Assembly (NCBI GenBank): GCA_900617105.1
Contig: UYFQ01000068.1
Coordinates: forward strand, 62,001-92,167
Reading direction: 5' to 3'
DNA length: 30,167 nt
Origin: Hydrurus foetidus
Lineage: Eukaryota
The notes under the pieces are model-generated. The model did not search any database, had not been told where the DNA came from, and was given only the letters and a program-made list of their open reading frames with translations. Positions 10,611 to 23,300 of this stretch are shown here, piece after piece. Each line of letters starts with the position of its first letter. Within the stretch, counting starts at the first letter, position 1. The position numbers and the translations under genes are program-made.

Positions 10611-13325
10611 CTGCGTTGGTACCTAGGGTTTTTTTCGTTTTCCTATTGCCTATGCATAGGGCTTTTCACCGTTTCCCTATATAGGTTACCCTACATAGGG
10701 TTATGGTATGTTCGTTCGCGGTCAGTACGGTACATGAAAAAAAATGAAAAGTGTACGTACGTATTTTATTCATGTCACATGAAAATAGAGGTGTCGTTCG
10801 AACAGTGCATGAAATTCAATTGACATATGGCATTCAGCTTTCCTAGTGATTCAACAACATCAGTAAGGCGTTCACTCCTTCATCCACAAGTTCTTGGCCG
10901 TAGTCAGCGTCGTCTACTTCGTCAATCTCATCGGAAACTTCTATCTCCTCGGCTTCATTTATTCTCGCTTCTGCTTCCGCGAGGAGGACCTCATCATTTT
11001 CTTCAACGATCACGTGTATCCTTTCTCGTAAAATCTCTAGATAGGGCGCTTGAGTTTTGGAATCATCTCTTTTATCAATCATTCTGTAGATGCTATCGAG
11101 TTCCATGAAGGATTTCATGACATCATGAGATTGTCTATTTCTGTCTGTGGTACGGAACTTCTTAACGTTTTTGTTCATTCTTTCGCTTTCCCCCTGACCA
11201 GCGTATCCATTGCACAATTTTCTGAACAGCTCCGCTCCTTCTGGCCTAATCACAGCAGCGATCTTCCAGAAATTCTCAGCGGTGTCATTGTTTGCTAACC
11301 AAATTGCTTTCTCTGTCGCAAAGTATCCGTTTTTTTCTCTGAAATCTTGGTAACTTTTTAGTGCTTCCACTTGAGATCCGATATTTCCGTGGTAGAATCG
11401 TTCGATAGCTGCAATTATTGCTTCATTACCACCAGGTGGATTGTATGCCTCGTTGGCAACACCGTAAACATGAGATGGTAGAACCATGCATGCTGCCAAG
11501 CATAGAGGAGTAACAATGTCTTTCTTTCTTCTGCTGAATGCTGTAATTACTTTCTCTTCCAATCCAGTGTAAATTTCTGGAAATTCTAAAGTGGCAGCTT
11601 GTACAGCCTCTAAACTCTCCTTTTGTGCATTCTCAAAACCATGGCACATATGAGGCAAGTTGGGGGTGTGGCCGTCAGACATGCGCAGTAGCTTTCTAAC
11701 AGGTATTTCGACGGCAACAAATGTTTGAATCCTCGCCCACGATGATGCATTTGATACCAGGTCAATATCCAATTTCTCATACTCGCTCCTGAGTTCTGGA
11801 TGAGCGTTTGCGAGGTAATTCATCAACGCTGCACTTGAGAATATCTCACGAATGAACTGCTTGTCGGCGAGAACTCTCTCGGAAGAATAGATTTGAGAGC
11901 AAAACCTCGTTTCGACAGCAGCGAATAACTGAAGTGAATTCTCCATCTTGCTTAGCATTGCAAAAATACCGTCATGATTTACGATAAACTTGACGAGTCG
12001 AACGCAGAGAAGAATTTCTGCGGCAAAATGCTTCGCGATATCCGCTACCAACAGATTACAACCATGAGTGGAACATCGTTGCGCGAATATTCGATGCATT
12101 GTCATGTCCTCAGTAATGAGTCGTAGCGTCTTCTTGCATGCACCGTCCATTGCAACGATAAACACGTTCTCTTGACCAATCTTCGCTATCGCCTCCTTGA
12201 TATCTTTCAGCAGGAATTCCGCATCCTTGTATACTCCGGTCGCATCTGTATTGTTCATGATACATCGTGAATACATGAAAAGTACGTTAATGAAAGTTAA
12301 GTGTCACTTCACCTGTGGACTGACAGAAGAATGCTCCGAACGATGTCAGTAAGACTGAGTTCAGACAGTTTCGCTTCCTCCACTTCGCTCCATCACTGCA
12401 CAGAGTACCCCCGACCGAGGTGATTCCGCTGAGCAAGTTATCCTTCACCAATCTCAAACGGGCTAGTTCTGATGACAGTATGTTTCCTAGTCCACTTTCA
12501 TTACCATCCCGCGATCTCTTCCCAAATGCATGACTGTTCGGTGGGAGGTAGAATGGACCGGCATCTCGAATTGACTTTGTCATGTCACGAAATTCGGGAG
12601 AGTTGACAACGTGTACTGAAATTCCCTTGACAACAAGAAATTTCAAAATTGCTGCATCCGCGAGTGGACGAGATTGAGCTGTCAATAAAGCAGACACTGA
12701 TGCAGGACGATTTGCCACAGTTGAAAAGGAGTCAGCAACTCGCGCCTTCTTAGCTAATACTTCGTCGGCACTTTTCTTATTACTCCATGCAATTTCTAGT
12801 TGTTCCAGGAGAGCTGGAGGTAAAACTGCTTGACATTTCCGGCATGACTGAGTGCTGAGTTTTGGCCAGTAATGCGTGGCAACCACAATGTTTGATCCAG
12901 TAAATTCTTTGCTACACAATTTGCACTTCCATACTTTGTTGCCACGGTCCATTCGAACAAGCCAGCAGTATCTAATTATCGGTTTATTGGACTGCAGCTC
13001 GAGCTGATATCCCTCGGGCAGAGGTAGCGACAAAGGATCTGGTCTCACGAGCAGATGGCTTTGCATGATTAAATTTGCTAGGCGTATAGATTGACAGATT
13101 GTAACCAAACTTGTAGTAAGTTGCGAATCGTCGTATTCAAGTTTGCTGCAATTCAATTCGAATTGCACCCAGGAGATAGGAGACAGGAGCGTCGAGGAAA
13201 CAGTCTGAGTGTTCGAACTGGGACTTTCCAAAAAACATAGGGAACACCCGGTTCCTATATAGGGTACTATATAGGGTATTCCATCAAAAGCCTATATAGG
13301 ACCCTATGCCTATGTACCAACGCAG
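10611..13325 (-). mobile_element. Full-length hAT-superfamily DNA transposon (2,715 bp)
   Basis: TIRs CTGCGTTGGTACCTAGG and CCTATGTACCAACGCAG match 16/17. Perfect 8 bp TSD CATAAAAT at 10603-10610 and 13326-13333. Subterminal CCTATATAGG-like palindromes at both ends. Encodes a transposase. Confidence 0.95.
10843..13066 (-). CDS. hAT transposase (BED zinc finger, DUF659-type DDE core, C-terminal dimerisation region), 718 aa after splicing
   Basis: Exons 13066-12313 and 12245-10843 with a 67 nt GT-AG intron restore FFCQST/DATGVYKDAEFL. Motifs: BED WKCKLC...H...C, CSDG (D1), AMDGA (D2), CSTHGCNL (CxxH), VETRF, GESERMN (E). No stops or frameshifts. Confidence 0.9.
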
Positions 13326-13414
13326 CATAAAATGTCCTGTACGCATGAACTGTTCCTCTAAATAGGATTAATGCGATACCTTCAAATGACGTAGCTAACT
13401 GACACATGACTGTA

Positions 13415-13449
13415 TATACAGTATACAGTATACAGTATACAGTTTACAG
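13415..13449. repeat. (TATACAG)x4 plus one degenerate copy
   Basis: Directly visible heptamer tandem array. Confidence 0.85.
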
Positions 13450-13462
13450 TTTAGTTTTATGT

Positions 13463-13565
13463 TTTATCCCCCACCTGGCCCACGTTGATACGCCCCCCCA
13501 CAATACAAAATACAAAAAAACGAATTTACATCGTTTTGTATTTTGTATTCTGTTTACCCACAAGG
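13463..13565 (+). repeat. Dispersed repeat or element-end motif with an AT-rich hairpin
   Basis: TTTATCCCCCAC...CACGTTGATACGCCCCCCCACAATAC matches the reverse complement of 26827-26878. It is followed by the hairpin AATACAAAATACAAAA...TTTTGTATTTTGTATT. Confidence 0.65.
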
Positions 13566-13724
13566 AACGACCTTAGTGTCACGATTAATCGTACAATTAA
13601 TCGTTGGTCACCTGTGGTTTGGTCTTTGGTCTGGAGATTTGGAGTTGGAGAGTTTGAGATTTTAACAAGATAAGAAATGTGACACTTCTCAACTCACTGA
13701 TCCTGATCAACCCCTATTCCGACG

Positions 13725-13901
13725 ATGCCCATTCGAAGGGACAATCACGTGGCTGCTGCTGGTGATGCAAAAAATTACAGCATAATCTACGTTGTAGTTA
13801 TTCTCATCGTTGCATTCTACGTGTTAATTATGTGGATATTGGCAAGCGATAACAGTTCTCGCAAGGCGTTACTCGCAAAAGATTCCAAGAAGCAGAAGTA
13901 G
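13725..13901 (+). CDS. Candidate 58 aa single-pass membrane microprotein with C-terminal KKxx
   Basis: ATG to TAG ORF MPIRRDNHVAAAGDAKNYSIIYVVVILIVAFYVLIMWILASDNSSRKALLAKDSKKQK. It has one ~21 aa hydrophobic helix and ends in KKQK. Confidence 0.55.
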   Translation: MPIRRDNHVAAAGDAKNYSIIYVVVILIVAFYVLIMWILASDNSSRKALLAKDSKKQK

Positions 13902-14324
13902 ACAACAGGAACATTAAACAAGTTTATCTGCTACGAGACGTAAGATCCACCCGCGATCTGAAGAGAAATTGATACGAAAGCGATTCTCCAACTTTACATC
14001 GAAATATTGCGGGCTTCAAAATTGCAGTCAGAGATGTACCACGATAGGGTCTCTCTAATAAGTTGCACAATCTTCAATTTGTAAGGAATGATTTTGAAAT
14101 GGAGTTTTGCCGACTCCATGGTACTACGTGCTGGAGATCGACAGAGTTTAATTTGTATGACGTAGGCTTCAAGATTTCGGCCTTTTTAAAAACCGATCTC
14201 GACGAATGTATTAATTAACGGCACATGTAGACAAGCAGAATTTTTCTTCGCTTCTTCGCTCGCCGAAATAATCGACGAAGTCAATAAGAAAACTTCAAGT
14301 CAGATAAAAGGTAAAACGCTGACG

Positions 14325-17300
14325 CTACAGTTTCCTGACAATTGTAATTGGAATTTGTAAACCGTTGTAGAGTATTGGTGTACCCTCCGAGAATTCGCCA
14401 GTGCGGAAGCCCGTTTTGCGTAGCGCTCTTACACTCATACTTCCATTTGCAGCGACTGTTGGGTCAATTACAGGCACATCTAGGCTTTGAAACACCGGGG
14501 CAGGATGAGCAGGTCCTCCAGGTAGCACCTCGCACACTCGAACTTTTGAAAACGCTTCTGGAGTCAACTTTTCTTTTCCGTTCCAAGTAACGTTGCGTAG
14601 TGGCTTCTCGTGTCCAAAATCATCGTCCAGAATTGATCTGCCTGGTGTAAGCGAGGCCGACATCGCGCGTGTCAGGCTGTTCGCATACGTAGGCTGGCTT
14701 GCTCCCAGGTCTGAGACCAGCAGTTGAGATAGAGACTTACTCCCGAGAGCCCAGCTGTCCATCAACCCCTTACCAGGGCCCCTCGTATCCGCAGGTGGCC
14801 TGTAAGATAAAACCAAATGATGCGATATTAAGTTAAGTTGCTCGTTGAGATGGAGTCCGTTCTATGCGCGAGAGGCGCAGAACCCATCAAGACTGCAATG
14901 AAGTGATAATCATTGTCGCACCTATCCTGCCTCATCAGCTCTTGCTGAGATCTGCGTCTTCTTGGTACCACTTTCTCCATCGAGAAAGCGTCTTGATTGT
15001 TCGAGAAAGAATTCTTATTTGGCGTGATGTGCGCATGAGATGACTTGAGTTCAGCATCATCATTGGACAGGACACATTTGCCAACTCCTTCCTGGATGCC
15101 CACAACTTGCCACGGCTCAGCATCACCATCAGCATGGTTGAAATCCGTTACAGGTCCGAGTCCTTTCCGTCCGACATCGGAGCTGCTCAGGTTCGGACGC
15201 TTCATGTGACTGTTGACCGAGAAAGAGTCCTGTGAAGGAGTGATGTATCGCCTTGGTGCATGTACTGCCTCCCGGATGGAGCTGCGATTGTCGGGTGAGG
15301 TGTTATCGTCATCTTCTCCGCCCTCTCCCTGCGGCCTGGACCTCCGCTGGGTTCTCATACTGAGACGTTTTCTCTCTTCAGCTTTCTGCTCATCCTTTTC
15401 TTGCATAAATTTGCTTGTCTTATCGCTTAAATCGACGAAGCTAAAACCGGGATTTGATTTCGCTGATTCTTCGAGAGCGTGCTTGAATATGAAACCGTCC
15501 TTGCCGTCAGAGTCGCCTTCCTTCGCAATTTCATCCTCTTCAACCACCTCTGACACGCTATGCAAAGCTCTGGGTATGGGTTTCAAAGCTTTGTCTGCAG
15601 GGGCGATCGTTGAAGGATCTCCGAAAGTGTGCGCTCTGTCCTTGCCGCAAATGCTCCAATCACTCTGGCGATCCAAAGGCTGCTGAAGTGTCAGACGTTG
15701 CGATTAAATTATACAGACGGCTTAGTGCGCCACTTGAACAGAGGAGAGTCTGTCGCGACACAGCGATAGTACAGATGCAGATGAAGCATACACCGACGTC
15801 AAGTATTACCTCAGGGGCTACGGTCGTCAAGGTGTCTTCTGTAGAGGACTGCGTGGTGCAGTTCCATGTAGACAAGTCGTAACCGAAGAAAGTTTTGCTC
15901 ACTCGCGACCATAGGCTCTCAGTTGCATCCATCTGCAAAGCTGACTGGTCTTGTTCTGTTTCTCTTTCAGCATATGGAGGCGGTGGGACAGGGGTAGCAT
16001 CGCACTGGGACTCAGGCCACACCAGTTGAGTGGACTTGCTGCTCGCTGGTAAGTGGATCCTTTGCGGTGTAACGGTCAGAAAAAGATGATCGCTGTCTCC
16101 CTCATCCTTGCTGTTACTCCCTCCATCGCTGTGATTGGGCAGAGCAGCAACTTTGCGTGAGCCTCTGGCCGACATCAAACCTGTATGGAGACCAGTCTTG
16201 TGATTAGACGAAATTACGTTGAGAACGTTCGGTGTTTCAGAAGCTACCAGTGAGTCGGTATGGTTTGCTTCGCGACCCACCCTCACCTGAAAGACTCAAG
16301 GCGCTCCTCGAAGCATCATCCTCTTGAAGAGACCCGTCAGCATCATCGTCATCGTCAGCGCTATCCATGAGAATTCTGTTCGAGCGACCAAGGCGTTCAA
16401 CAGTTTCATGCTTCGTTGTGGAGACCGAGAATACGATGGTGCGACGCTTCAGAGGTTTCGGCCCGCTGGTCTGTTGATCGGAGTCATCCTCGAAGATATC
16501 GTCGGGGAAGGGGGGCGGCTGATCTAGAGGAGCGTCTGGGTCTGAATTGGAATCGAGGCCCCACGACACCCAGGGCATCCACACAGGAGTGGGGGTCGGG
16601 GGAGGCACTTCACGGTTCTTGACTCGAGACATGACGAACTCGAAGTCTTCGCTTCCTGCCCCTGTGCTCCCGAAGGTTCGGTCTGAGCCCGACCTACGTC
16701 CTTGTCCGGCTCGACATGGCACTCCATGGGGAATACTGCTGTCATCGGTACACTGCCATCTGGCTGCTTCCTCCTCTGAGTACACCCTGTCTGACGGGTG
16801 CTTTCTCCTGTGCGGGCTAGGGACCATGGAACTGGTAGGCATAGGCGGGCATAATGATTAGCCATACAGCAGCATGTTATGAAAGAGGCTTGGCGGGCAG
16901 GGATAAATGAAATCGAATTGAAAATAAGTAGATCTGAGCCTGTACCTGTCGAAGCCCTCATTTGTGATCTGTGTGCCAGTGCTGCTGAAGGTATCATAAC
17001 CATTCAGCGGAGTCGCGTGGGCCACTCTTGTCGAATAAAAAAAGTTGTTCCATGTCCTGCTGATGAAGTGCCTTATTGTTTCCTTGCGGGTCAATACAGT
17101 CGTGGTGTCGTTATTTAGATCCCACTTTGACAGATCCTTTTTTTCCTTCTTGGCAGCCCTTGCAAGACAGCAGCAGCAACAGCAGCAGGCCAATAGCATG
17201 CCCAGAATAAACAATACAGCGCCTACAAGACTCAAAGACCACCATATCTGAAGACAAGGCGTGCACCCGCCTTTACTTGAGATGCTGAGCCCTGCCTTGC

Positions 17301-20300
17301 AGTAGCCTTCGGATTGTTCAAAACAGAGGGATTACGAGAAAGTAAAAATTAAGGAGGTCGCGGTATAACAATATTTGCAGTTTTGAAATCGTTGTAGACC
17401 TGTGTCGCATTCCTTGCACAGAGAGCCCTGGTATCCCGCGTTGCACTGATTGTTGCCTAGACAAGCTGATGCTGGCACGCAGAGCTGCACGAATGGACAT
17501 ACGCCTCTCGAGGATCCAGTGTCCGACGCAATGGCAGACGGACAATTTGGCGATGGTATCTTGTCGTACAGCAAATACCAACCTGGAAATGATACAAAAT
17601 AAATTAGATTGATAATGGAACTACGAGCTGGCTACCCACAGTCATTGATGTACCTGGAGCGGCTATGGGACTTTTCATATTGTCGCTGGGGCAACTCATC
17701 CCCGATGCCGCAGCGGTGCTGTTGCTTTGAAGGCAGCTAGCGCAGTACTCTCCTTCGTCACCGTAGAATCCCGCCTTGCAAGTCACCCGGTAGTTCCTGT
17801 AGGGCAGCGAGATGAGACTGTCCACGAACAAGGTCACATTCTTCCAACCAACCGTGGTTGCAGCGGTCACACACTGCACGTACGGAGAGACATGATTCGC
17901 CCTGTCGAATAATGGATCGAAGCTAATGGAGTGTTTCCAGACAGCAAATGAACAGACTTTATAGGAGAAGACATCGTTGATTACCACTCCCAGCACAGAG
18001 GAGTTTGACCCCAGCTTGTGTCCACGCAGCAGAATGATCTCTCCTCCCGAAGCATCGCCGCCTCTAGTTTGTTCAATGTACGTAATATTCGGACGTACTG
18101 ATTTCAAGTAGGCAGGTATGGAATCATTTTGGATGCATATGATTGAAGTTGGCGGAGACGTGCCAGATGCGGTGGGAGCGGGAGAAAAGAAAACGGAAGG
18201 GCTGTAAGTGTAATGGCTGGAAGGGAAAAAAGAAATAGTCGCCTCGTCGGAAGGGTCTTGTGATGGCATAGATGAGAAAGGGAATGAGGGAGTCAGTCCG
18301 CTAGGTGGCAGCGGTAGTGGCAGGTTAGGCGATCCTGATATGGGCTGACTGGATGGTACTCCAGTAGGCTGAGAAGTTGGTTGACTAGATGACTGTGACG
18401 TTGGCCAACCAGTAGGTTGAGATGATGGTTGACCACTCGATAGAGTTGGTCGTGTTGGCAGTGATGATGGCTGTCCAGTCGTTCGAGACGTAGGACGGCC
18501 AGATGGCAGCGATGATGGCATTCGAGTAGGTCGCCCGCTTGGTTTCGATGATGGTTGCCCCGTAGGCTGACCACTCGGTTGAGTAGGCCATGATGTTGGC
18601 TGCGATGTCGGCCATGCAGTCGGTTGACCTGACGGCTGCGATGAGGGCATGCTCGTTGGTGACTGGTGAACTACCAGTGCGGTAAATAGAGCGCTAGTTT
18701 GGTGTGTCACCGCTGCGAGTAGGCCTCTACGTGTAGAGAGCTTGTTCAAAGAGGTCACCACTGCTTTGTAAGTGACCTGAGTGCCCAGCGGGTAAGACAC
18801 TGGTGCTGTTCTGAAGGAGAACGGCTCACTGGAGGACTTCGAGATAAACTTCGATGATAACCGATTATCAAAGAGTGTCTCTGCATAGAACGATACCGAC
18901 GTCACCGAGTACAATGACATGAGATGTTGTATCGTCGCCGCATTGGTGGAACAATTGCCTGCAGTGAAGGAATAAGAGAACCCAATATGCATAGGGTAGG
19001 AGCCTCCTTCGTCAGATATCGTGTAGCACAACGGCATGCCCTTGTTTGCAACAGTGGCGCCTTGCACTACAGTCAGATCACCCGCTGCGATGGTATTGGC
19101 CACGACCTTCAACTGCACAAGGTCGTCTACGAAAAGTGTGGAATTGACTTTCACCGAGAAGTATTTCAGAGATGTGCTCAGCGCTGTAGCGTATAGCGGA
19201 CTGACGGATGCGTTGTAGGCGTACGTGCTTGTGTTGCTCGTCCCGACCAGCGTCCACACGGGCAGTCCTGACCCAGAGTTAGTAATACCGTGCAAATAGA
19301 ATTTGCAAGAGCGCGTCGCGAAGGTCGCGTTTATGCCTACCGAGTAGAGAATAAGGTCGACCGATACGACGGAGTATGTTATGGCGTGATATGGCGGGTT
19401 AGGCTCGGTTCGAAGTTCAGGTGCAGCAAAGTAAAGCAAAACAAAAGAAGTCAAGTCAAGTCAAGTCAAGTCAACTTAGGTCACACAAGTCACGTCACAC
19501 AAGACCAGACTAGAATAGACAAAGCTCACCGACTGTGAATGTCACATACGGGCCTGTCATGTAGTCTGTCGGCTGGATGATGGTCAACGCACTCAAAGTG
19601 TTCAGAGCCTGGGGTAGCTGATCATGTTGCATAACGTGGCCCATTGTGATGGTGGTGGTCTCTCCAGGGGCCAGAGAGCCCAGCTGGAACACCACATGAA
19701 TCGACTCGTCAAAGTAGTGCATGCGGGACTGATATGCAGGAGTGTTTATAACATCTTTGCCGCCGTATTGAAGCCATGTATTCGCGTACAGTCCCGTCGT
19801 GACCTGTGAGATACGGGTTATGGTGATGCCGCCCATCTTCACATAGACGGATGGATGCACTGCGCCGGCGCAGACCACTGACTTGAAGTCTACGATCCCA
19901 CAAGAGCACACAAGCGCTGCGTTGGGCTGAGTGGGATGCTCATAGTCTGGATGTCCTCGTTGGTACTTCACGTAGTTGTTGGTCATTGTGAGATCGAATG
20001 TGTTGCCGCTGGCTGTGTGTGCTCGAAAGTCGTTGTCAGGGTCCATAGTACGCAAGTCTGTTCAACAGCACAGTACGCACAGACACAGGCACAGGCACGA
20101 ATGAATCAGATAGTGAGATTTTATGATAATACCAGTTGAAATATGATGAATAAGACAGGATCCACTCGGATCGAAGGGAAAGCTACGAAACGAGGTGATA
20201 TGCTATCGAGTGGAGTGGAGTGGAGTAGAGCGGAGCGCAGCTGTAGATCGTTGATATCACGAGGACGATTGACACAAAAGACAGACATAGAAGGTAGAGA

Positions 20301-23300
20301 GAGTGAGGAGTGCAGCATGTAGTATGCAGGGGCGGGGAAGTTCAGGGACTCTCTCCTCCACTGGTCGTCTCTTTTCTTCTCTAATCTACTCTTCCCTTCG
20401 CTTTCTTTCTCGACGATAGATGAATGCTTACATTTGAGATTTGTGATCGTCACATCGCCGACATTCTTGAAGGTCACGGTTGAGGTGAAGAAGAGATCGT
20501 CATTTCCGAAGTACGTCGTCATTGTGGCTTGCACCTCATTGCGTGTCACTACCAGCATGCTTGACTGGGAGTCGTCTGAAGAAGTAATCTTGAATGCCGT
20601 TGGTACGGGCATCACTTTTGGTTTGCCCATCAGACCTGAGTAGTCAAACAACCAAGAACGCAAATGGTCAGACAGACAGACAGACAGATAGATAGACAGA
20701 CAGACAGACAGAGAGACAGGCAAACAGGAAAGTGACACGCTCCTTAGGCTGCTGATCATTTCTAGTCTACATGGCTGAACTCATACAAGCAATGTGCCGA
20801 TTGTACAGTGCACTGCAGTGTACTTACCTGCTACCACGAAGTTTCTTTGAGTTGCGCCAGCATCCCACTCCACCAGCCATTCTTGTATTGCAATACGATT
20901 TCGAAAGATGCAATTAGTCACATGATGCTCCAAAATGTAATCATCGTTGACTGCTGGTCGAACCATGTAAACATACACAGCGAGAAAGCGCGCCGAGATA
21001 TCCGGTATACGCTATCGCGGAAGGCGCAGTGAATGCAGTACGACAAGATGCAACACCATACTGCACTACTGCATGCTAAGCTACGTCAGGCCATGCTGTG
21101 ATATGCTTAGCTGTGCTCTACATGCATATTACAGCAGGTTAGTTTGCGAGAGTGATGTGCTTACGTTCAATCGGACTCTCAGGAATGAAGAAGTCGCCTG
21201 CATAGCCCTTCGCCCATCCAGTGCGATTGTAATCTGCTATGAACCCTAAGCGGCCAGTAGCATATCCGTCGCCTGCTTTTACAACAGCCCTCGTTCCGTA
21301 GGAGCCGACATTGTGGATTCCTGCAGTGCAATCAAGCATCGAGATTATCAGTCGAACATATTCTGGAGACACGAAGCATAGCAGCACTTACTGACACGAC
21401 TCATGTGACGACCTCGCTCACATACCTAGATTGATGTATCTTCCGATCAGAACAACATCACCAGCGAGACAATCAACCGCACCGTGTCGCCGCGTAACAG
21501 AATCATAGGGCACAACAGTCGTGGTGGAGACGAAGACGTAGTCAGTATAGTCGATGCAATGGCTTTCGTCTGTGAAAGATGTTGGTGTGATTGGTCGGTC
21601 GGTTTTTTGCCCTGTATGTTTTGATGTTGGCTGTCTGGAGGGCTGTCCACTAGGTGAGCCAGTTTGCTGATCAGTCGGTTTGCCAGTTGACTGACCTGAC
21701 GGCTGACCTGCAGGCGATACGGTAGATTGCGGTGATGGGATGTCAGATGATATCGATTTTGGCTGATCTGATGGTTTCCCTGTCAGTTGGGAATATGGAG
21801 AGCAGGATGGCTGATTAGCTGGGTGCTCTGTTGGCTTGCTTAATGGCTGTCCTGTAGGCTTACATAATGGCTGTCCAGTCGGTCTTGAAGATGGATAGCT
21901 GGATGGTTGACTGGATGGCTGTCTTGAAGGTGCTGATGGCTGACTAGAAGGTTGTTCGGATGACTGGCTGGATGGTTGTCCCGTAGGTTGACCAGTCGGT
22001 TGTGATGATAGCTGTCCAGTAGGTTGCGCAGTCGGTTGCGATGATGGTTGACTGGTGGGTTGTCCAGTTGGTTGTGATGATGGTTGAGTTGACGGCTGTC
22101 CGGTCGGATGCGACATCGGGTGACCAGAAGGTTGACCAGTCGGTTGCAATGATGGCTGCCCAGTCGGTTGTCCTGTCGGCTGTTCAGTTGGTTGAGTTGA
22201 CGATTGTCCAGTCGGTTGAGATGACGGTTGACTAGATGGCTGTCCAGTTGGTTGTGATGATGGTTGAATGGTGGGTTGTCCGGTCGGATGCGATATCGGG
22301 TGACCAGTAGGTTGCCCAGTTGGTTGCCCTGACGGCTGTTCAGTCGGTTGTGATGACGGCTGTCCAGACGGTTGTCCTGTCGGCTGACTGGATGGCTGAT
22401 TTGATGGCTGTCCAGTTGGCTGGCCGGATGGTTGAGTTGATGGCTGTCCAGTCAGTTGCCCTGTCGGTTGGCCGGATGGTTGAGTTGATGGCTGTCCAGT
22501 CGGTTGAGATGACGGTTGACTAGATGGCTGTCCAGTTGGCTGGCTAGATGGCTGACTTGATGGCAGTGAAGTAGGTCTACTAGAAGGCTGTCCAGTTGGT
22601 TGTGATGACGGTTGACTGGTGGGTCGTCCGGTCGGATGCGATATCGGGTGACCAGTAGGTTGCCCAGTTGGTTGCCCTGACGGCTGTTCAGTCGGTTGTG
22701 ATGACGGCTGTCCAGACGGTTGTCCTGTCGGCTGGCTGGATGGTTGACTTGATGGCTGTTCAGTCGGTTGCCCTGTCGGCTGGCCGGATGGTTGAGTTGA
22801 TGGCTGTCCAGTTGGCTGGCTGGATGGCTGACTTGATGGCAGTGAAGTAGGTCTACTAGAAGGCTGTCCAGTCGGGTGAGATGTTGGAAGTCCACTTGGT
22901 TGACCAGTTGGTTGGCCAGTAGGACGAGATGATGGCTGTCCAGTCGGTCGTGACGTAGGACGGCTAGATGGCTGACCACTCGGTTGTGATGTCGGCCATG
23001 CAGTCGGTTGACCTGACGGCTGCGATGAGGGCATGCTCGTTGGTGCCTGGTGAACTACCAGTGCGGTAAATAGAGCGCTAGTTTGGTGTGTCACCGCTGC
23101 GAGTAGGCCTCTACGTGTAGAGAGCTTGTTCAAAGAGGTCACCACTGCTTTGTAAGTGACCTGAGTGCCCAGCGGGTAAGACACTGGTGCTGTTCTGAAG
23201 GAGAACGGCTCACTGGAGGACTTCGAGATAAACTTCGATGATAACCGATTATCAAAGAGTGTCTCTGCATAGAACGATACCGACGTCACCGAGTACAATG

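Noticed and set aside
13067..13231. TTG-initiated N-terminal extension of the hAT transposase
   Set aside because: In a eukaryotic context the first in-frame ATG at 13066 is the more plausible start.
13415..13449. Telomere-like array
   Set aside because: TATACAG lacks the G-run of telomeric repeats and has only about five units.
20121..20759. 212 aa ORF (and its twin at 24515-25153) as a standalone protein
   Set aside because: Only the central 204 nt exon is coding. The flanks are intronic (GACA)n and (GAGTG)n microsatellite read-through.
21600..23045. CRISPR-like array
   Set aside because: Degenerate 12 nt coding repeats without unique spacers, in a eukaryotic gene with no cas genes.
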